The translations under genes and the position numbers were made by a program. A stretch of DNA of 10,895 bases from Fonticula alba ATCC 38817 (taxonomy: Eukaryota > Protista > Nucleariida), in NCBI GenBank assembly GCA_000388065.2, contig KB932211.1; one strand, written 5' to 3'. Below the pieces are notes generated by a model. It made no database searches, had not been told where the DNA came from, and saw only the letters and a list, made by a program, of their open reading frames with translations. Positions 7,108-10,895 of this stretch are shown here, piece after piece (the first letter of the stretch is position 1; every line of letters starts with the position of its first letter).

Positions 7108-10100
7108 CGCCCACCGTGGCGACACCGGCCAGCGCCGGTCGCACGGTGTCCAGTGCACCCAGGAAGTCCGCCATGCCGACCGTGATGGCTGCCTCGCCCT
7201 CCGGCAGGGGCGCATCCACCCCGGCGGCCAGGAGGTGCCGCCGCAGGGCCGAATATGCGGCCTCCCGCACGACGGCCTCCAGCTCGGCACCGGTATACCG
7301 GTCCGTCTGTGGAGGGGCGAGAGTGGCGAGTGGGCGGCAAAATGTCAGGCCGGTGGCAGGGGGCAAGTAGAAAGAGAGGAAGGACAAAAGGGGGGGGGGG
7401 GGCAGAGGCGGGGAGCCCGGCCCCGCCCCAGTTCGGCCACCTGTCGGAGGGACACATCCTCGGCCAGCCCGGTCCGCCGCGCATGCACTCGGAGGATTTC
7501 CTCCCGCGCGTCGGCCGTGTCCGGCGGCGGGACCAAGATCTGCAGGTCGAACCGGCCAGGGCGCAGGAGCGCCGGATCCAGCATGTCTGGTCGGTTGGTG
7601 GCAGCCTGCGCCAGGCCACCGGGACAGGGGAGATGCAGGGACAGCCGTCAGGGACGCGAGCCCGAAACCGGATAGGAGGGGGGACCATACTCCCGAGGGA
7701 GGGGGCCCCTTCGACGAAACAGGGCCCATGTATCGTCGGGAGCATAAAACACACAAATGCACAAATGCACACGAATGCACACAAATACACACAAATGCAC
7801 ACGAATGCACACAAATGCACACGAATGCACACAAATGCACACGAATGCACACAAATGCACACAAATGCACACGAATGCACACAAATGCACACAAATGCAC
7901 ACAAATGCACACACACACACACACACATGCACACATGCACACATGCACACGCACCAGGAGCAAGACCCCGGTCGCGGGATCCACACCGTCCATCTCATTG
8001 AGCAACGTGGCTAGCACACGGTCCGAGACGCCCCCGCCCTCGGACCCGCCAGCGCCACCCTCCAGGTCCCGGCGCCCGACCAGCGCATCAATCTCGTCGA
8101 TGAAGATCACCGATGGCGGGGCCAGGCGCGCCTTGGCAAAGGTATCGCGGACTGCAGCGCGCGGGCATCCCCAGGGGACATGTGCACATGGGTGCGGCCG
8201 CGGCCGTGGGCGCACATGCGAATGCAAACACATGCCCGGGGAGGAGGCGCACGTGCGAGCCGAGGCGCGATGGTCGAGGCACACGCACCCGGCGTGGGTC
8301 CAGATGTGGGGGGTGTAAGTGGCCGAGAAGGGGAGGGGGCACACATGCGACAGCGCGGGCACCGGCGGAGGAGGCACGCACCGACACGCTCGGCCTCGCC
8401 GACGTACGGCGAGTAGATGGCCGCCGCACCGCTGAGCGAAATGAACGAGGACCCGGTCGAGTGGGCGATGCACCGGGCCATGGTGGTCTTCGAGCAGCCA
8501 GGCGGGCCATACAGCAGGACGCCCCGCGGTGGGGTCAGGCCGAGCCGCAGGAACGCCTGCCGGTGGAGGACCGGCCACTCGATCGACTGGCGGAGCTTCT
8601 GCGCACCCGAGCGGCCCAGGCGCAGGGGCGAGGGAAAGGAGCCCATGGGGGGCCGCAGGAGAAGGACACAAGACGTCAGAGACGAAGGGGCGGGAGGCGG
8701 GGAAGGGCCGCAGGGGCGACAATGGCAGGCCGCCGCCCGACGTACATGCTTCACGCTGTCCAGGCCGCCGATGTCGGCCCAGGTGATCGGCGCTCCGAGC
8801 TCCACCCCGGCCGCCATGTCGCGGATGAGCGACGGCTGCACCTCGCCCGACCGGAGGGCCGCCCAGAGGTCCGCCGGCTCGAGGGTCAGGAGGCCGCTGG
8901 GCCCCGGCTCCCCGGCGCCAAGCCGGTCCAGCGCACGCAAGGCCGCCGCCCGGACCAGCGCCGCCAAATCCGCCGCCACGAAGCCAATGCACCGGGTGGC
9001 CAGCTCCGCCAGGAAGCCCCCCTCCAGGACGGCCGGGCCGCCGGGTGGAGGCGCGGCCCCATGGCCGAGCGTGGCCCCGACCAGGGCCCGGAGGAGGCGC
9101 GCCCGGGCCCGCGCATCCGGCGGCGCGATGCCCACCTCGCGGTCAAAGCGCCCGGGCCGGCGAAGGGCCGGGTCCACGGCATCCGGCCGGTTGGTGGCCG
9201 CCACGACGACAACCTCCCCACGAAGGCACCCCCCCGGGCCGCCGACCCGGGCCGCGTCGCTGCGCGCGTGGAACCCATCCATCAAGGTCAGCAATTGGGC
9301 GATGACACGCGTGGTGGTGCCGGAGGCAGAGCCACTGCCGTCAAGTGACCGCGCCGGGCAGAGGGCGTCCTACACGAAGAAACCCGGGAGGCAGGGGCAG
9401 GCGGAGAGGGAGGGGGGGGGGAGAACGTCAGAAGGAGCAAGCGGCGCCGACAGTCGGTCGAGGAGCGAGGCAAAAGCCCACCCGGGGCCGGGAGGGGGGG
9501 GGGGGGCCTGTGAGCGCACAATCTCATCGATGAAAATGATGCACGGCGAGCCGGACTCGGCGGCAAAGCGCCGGGCCCGGTCGAAGCACTCGCGCAGCCG
9601 GCGCTCACTCTCGCCGGTGACCGACGACAGGACGGCGCTCGGGTCCACCGGCAGCAGCAGCGCCCCCAGGGCCAGGGCCACCCCCCGGACGAGGTGCGTC
9701 TTGCCGACGCCGGGCGGCCCGTGCAGCAGGACACCACGGACCCCCTGCAGGCCGAGCGCGGCAAAATGCTCGGCATGGTTGAGCGGCGCCGCCAGCAATG
9801 CCAGCAGCTGCTGGTAGTGCGGGTCGGTGGTGAGGTGCCCGGTGGCCAGGCTGCCCGCCGGGTCGGCCGCCGGGGAGCCCGCATCCCCGCCACACCCGGC
9901 ACACGGCCCGGATCCACCGGGACCGGGGCACAGCGCCTGGCCGCGGGCCAGCAGCCGGACCTGGCCCGGGCCGGGGAAAAGCCGGCCAAAGCGCCCGACC
10001 GCCAGCCGAAAGGAGGGAGCCTGCGTGTCGATGTACACACTGCCGGCCGGGACGGCCTCGTGGAAGCTCACCCGGTACATTTGCCCGGCGCCGACTGGCG

Positions 10101-10476
10101 TGCTGGCCAGCAGCCCGGGGCCCCGCAGCGAGGGACACGCCTCCAGGCCAACCCCCCGGCCCAGGACCCGGCCATCCGTCAGCACCACGCTCACCTCGAG
10201 CGGGCCGCCCTGGCAAGGCGCACCCGGCCGGCTGCCGGTGCCACCACCACCACCACCACCACCGCCGCCGGCAGCGCCAAACACGGCCCCGGCATCGGCG
10301 GCGCTCATGTACACCGGCAAGCCAAAGTGAGCGGCGCGGGTGGCTTCGGCCGCGCGGCGGATGGCCGCGTCTGCCTCGCTGGCCCCCGTGCCCGAGACCC
10401 CCGGGGGCAGGTGCAGCCCTGCCAGCAGCCCGTGAGGGTCACTGGCCGGGGTCAGCAGTCGAAAGGTACCCGACAT
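7103..10476 (-). CDS. AFG2B: Type II AAA+ ATPase of the AFG2 family, most like AFG2B/SPATA5L1, about 791 aa. Exons 10476-9520, 9369-8746, 8598-8382, 8151-7955, 7605-7429 (or 7605-7441), 7306-7103
   Basis: D1: [47 protein letters not shown]2: [128 protein letters not shown] and the non-aromatic D1 pore loop fit SPATA5L1 better than SPATA5/Drg1 or p97 (recalled sequences). The AAA family call is near certain; the paralog call, start codon and last donor are less so. Confidence 0.8.
7753..7950 (+). repeat. Compound intronic minisatellite: 15 x 10-bp AC(A/G)AATGCAC (7761-7910), then (CA)n, then about three ACACATGC units
   Basis: Unit order from 7761: A,G,A*,A,G,A,G,A,G,A,A,G,A,A,A (A* = acaaatacac). 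Lies inside ATPase intron 4 (7954-7606). Confidence 0.97.
10240..10269 (-). repeat. Coding trinucleotide repeat (GGT/GGC)10, poly-Gly in the ATPase N-domain
   Basis: Translates as FGAA-G10-TGS. Confidence 0.95.
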
Positions 10477-10489
10477 GTGTGGTTCGCGC

Positions 10490-10748
10490 CTGGTGGCAAA
10501 GGGAGAGAGAGGGAGAGAGCGAGAGGGAGGGGGGGGAGGCGAGGGAAAGCAAGCAGAGGCCCATGCGCAGGGAAACAAGCGAGGGAGGAGACTGTCTGTC
10601 CCTCCCGACATCGGCACGCCCCCGTTCGCACGCCCCCGATGAATCCCCAGCCGCTCCCGTGAGGGATGGCCAGTCGGCCTATGTGTCCGCCCAGCGGCAC
10701 ACGCGCGACACAGGGGCAAGGGGGGGGTGGGGGGGGGGACACACGCAC
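10490..10748 (-). other. Probable 259-nt intron upstream of the ATPase ATG at 10476
   Basis: Consensus donor GTGCGT at 10748 followed by a C-run. About 100 nt of AG-free pyrimidine tract ends in CAG at 10492-10490. No CTGAC branch motif found. Confidence 0.55.
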
Positions 10749-10895
10749 ACGGCGGGACGATCTCGGACTCCCCCACAGGGCCGGGGATCGCGCATGGGCG
10801 GGCACACATCGTTCGTTGGCAGTCGATATATTCACCGATCTCGGGCAGGGCGACACAGGTACAAGAATACAGGCTCCTGCCCAACGGCAGGGGCG

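Noticed and set aside
7761-7910. CRISPR array or telomere-like repeat
   Set aside because: Head-to-tail 10-mers with no spacers, inside a spliceosomal intron, grading into (CA)n.
6657-8318. Cys/His-rich repeat proteins (CVHLCAF..., [10 protein letters not shown]...) as metal-binding proteins
   Set aside because: They are translations of the intronic 10-bp minisatellite in all frames.
7103-10476. CDC48/p97, PEX1/PEX6 or NVL assignment
   Set aside because: D2 Walker A GPPGCSKT and the flanking motifs are AFG2-type; the p97 N-domain and conserved tail are absent.
8113-10662. Long plus-strand ORFs (8113-9348, 8417-9817, 9694-10662)
   Set aside because: Antisense shadows of the ATPase gene.
1-10895. 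tRNA, rRNA, transposon or prokaryotic operon features
   Set aside because: No recognisable RNA gene, transposase, terminal repeat or operon structure seen by eye; no covariance search was run.

Overview
GC-rich, intron-containing eukaryotic genomic DNA with one 30-N gap. It is not prokaryotic, so most ORFs in the track are shadows or intron read-throughs. Three genes can be built by hand from consistent splice signals (donor GTRCGY, branch CTGAC, acceptor YAG). (1) A minus-strand internal exon (493-20) of a Tim54-like TIM22-complex subunit. (2) A complete 10-exon plus-strand gene (1931-6961, about 1170 aa) for a type I membrane protein: signal peptide, Cys-rich domain, EGF, myxobacterial-type DUF4215 repeats, four IPT/TIG-like repeats each ending in an Asp-box-like motif, one TM helix and a non-catalytic Tyr/Pro tail. 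(3) A convergent 6-exon minus-strand double-AAA ATPase (10476-7103) most like AFG2B/SPATA5L1. A Tim54-like gene plus fungal-style branch sites suggests a unicellular holomycotan such as Fonticula; this is inference and unverified. The most notable points are the receptor architecture, an apparent GG (non-GT) donor in the ATPase gene, and an upstream intron that could create an ORF overlapping the ATPase start.
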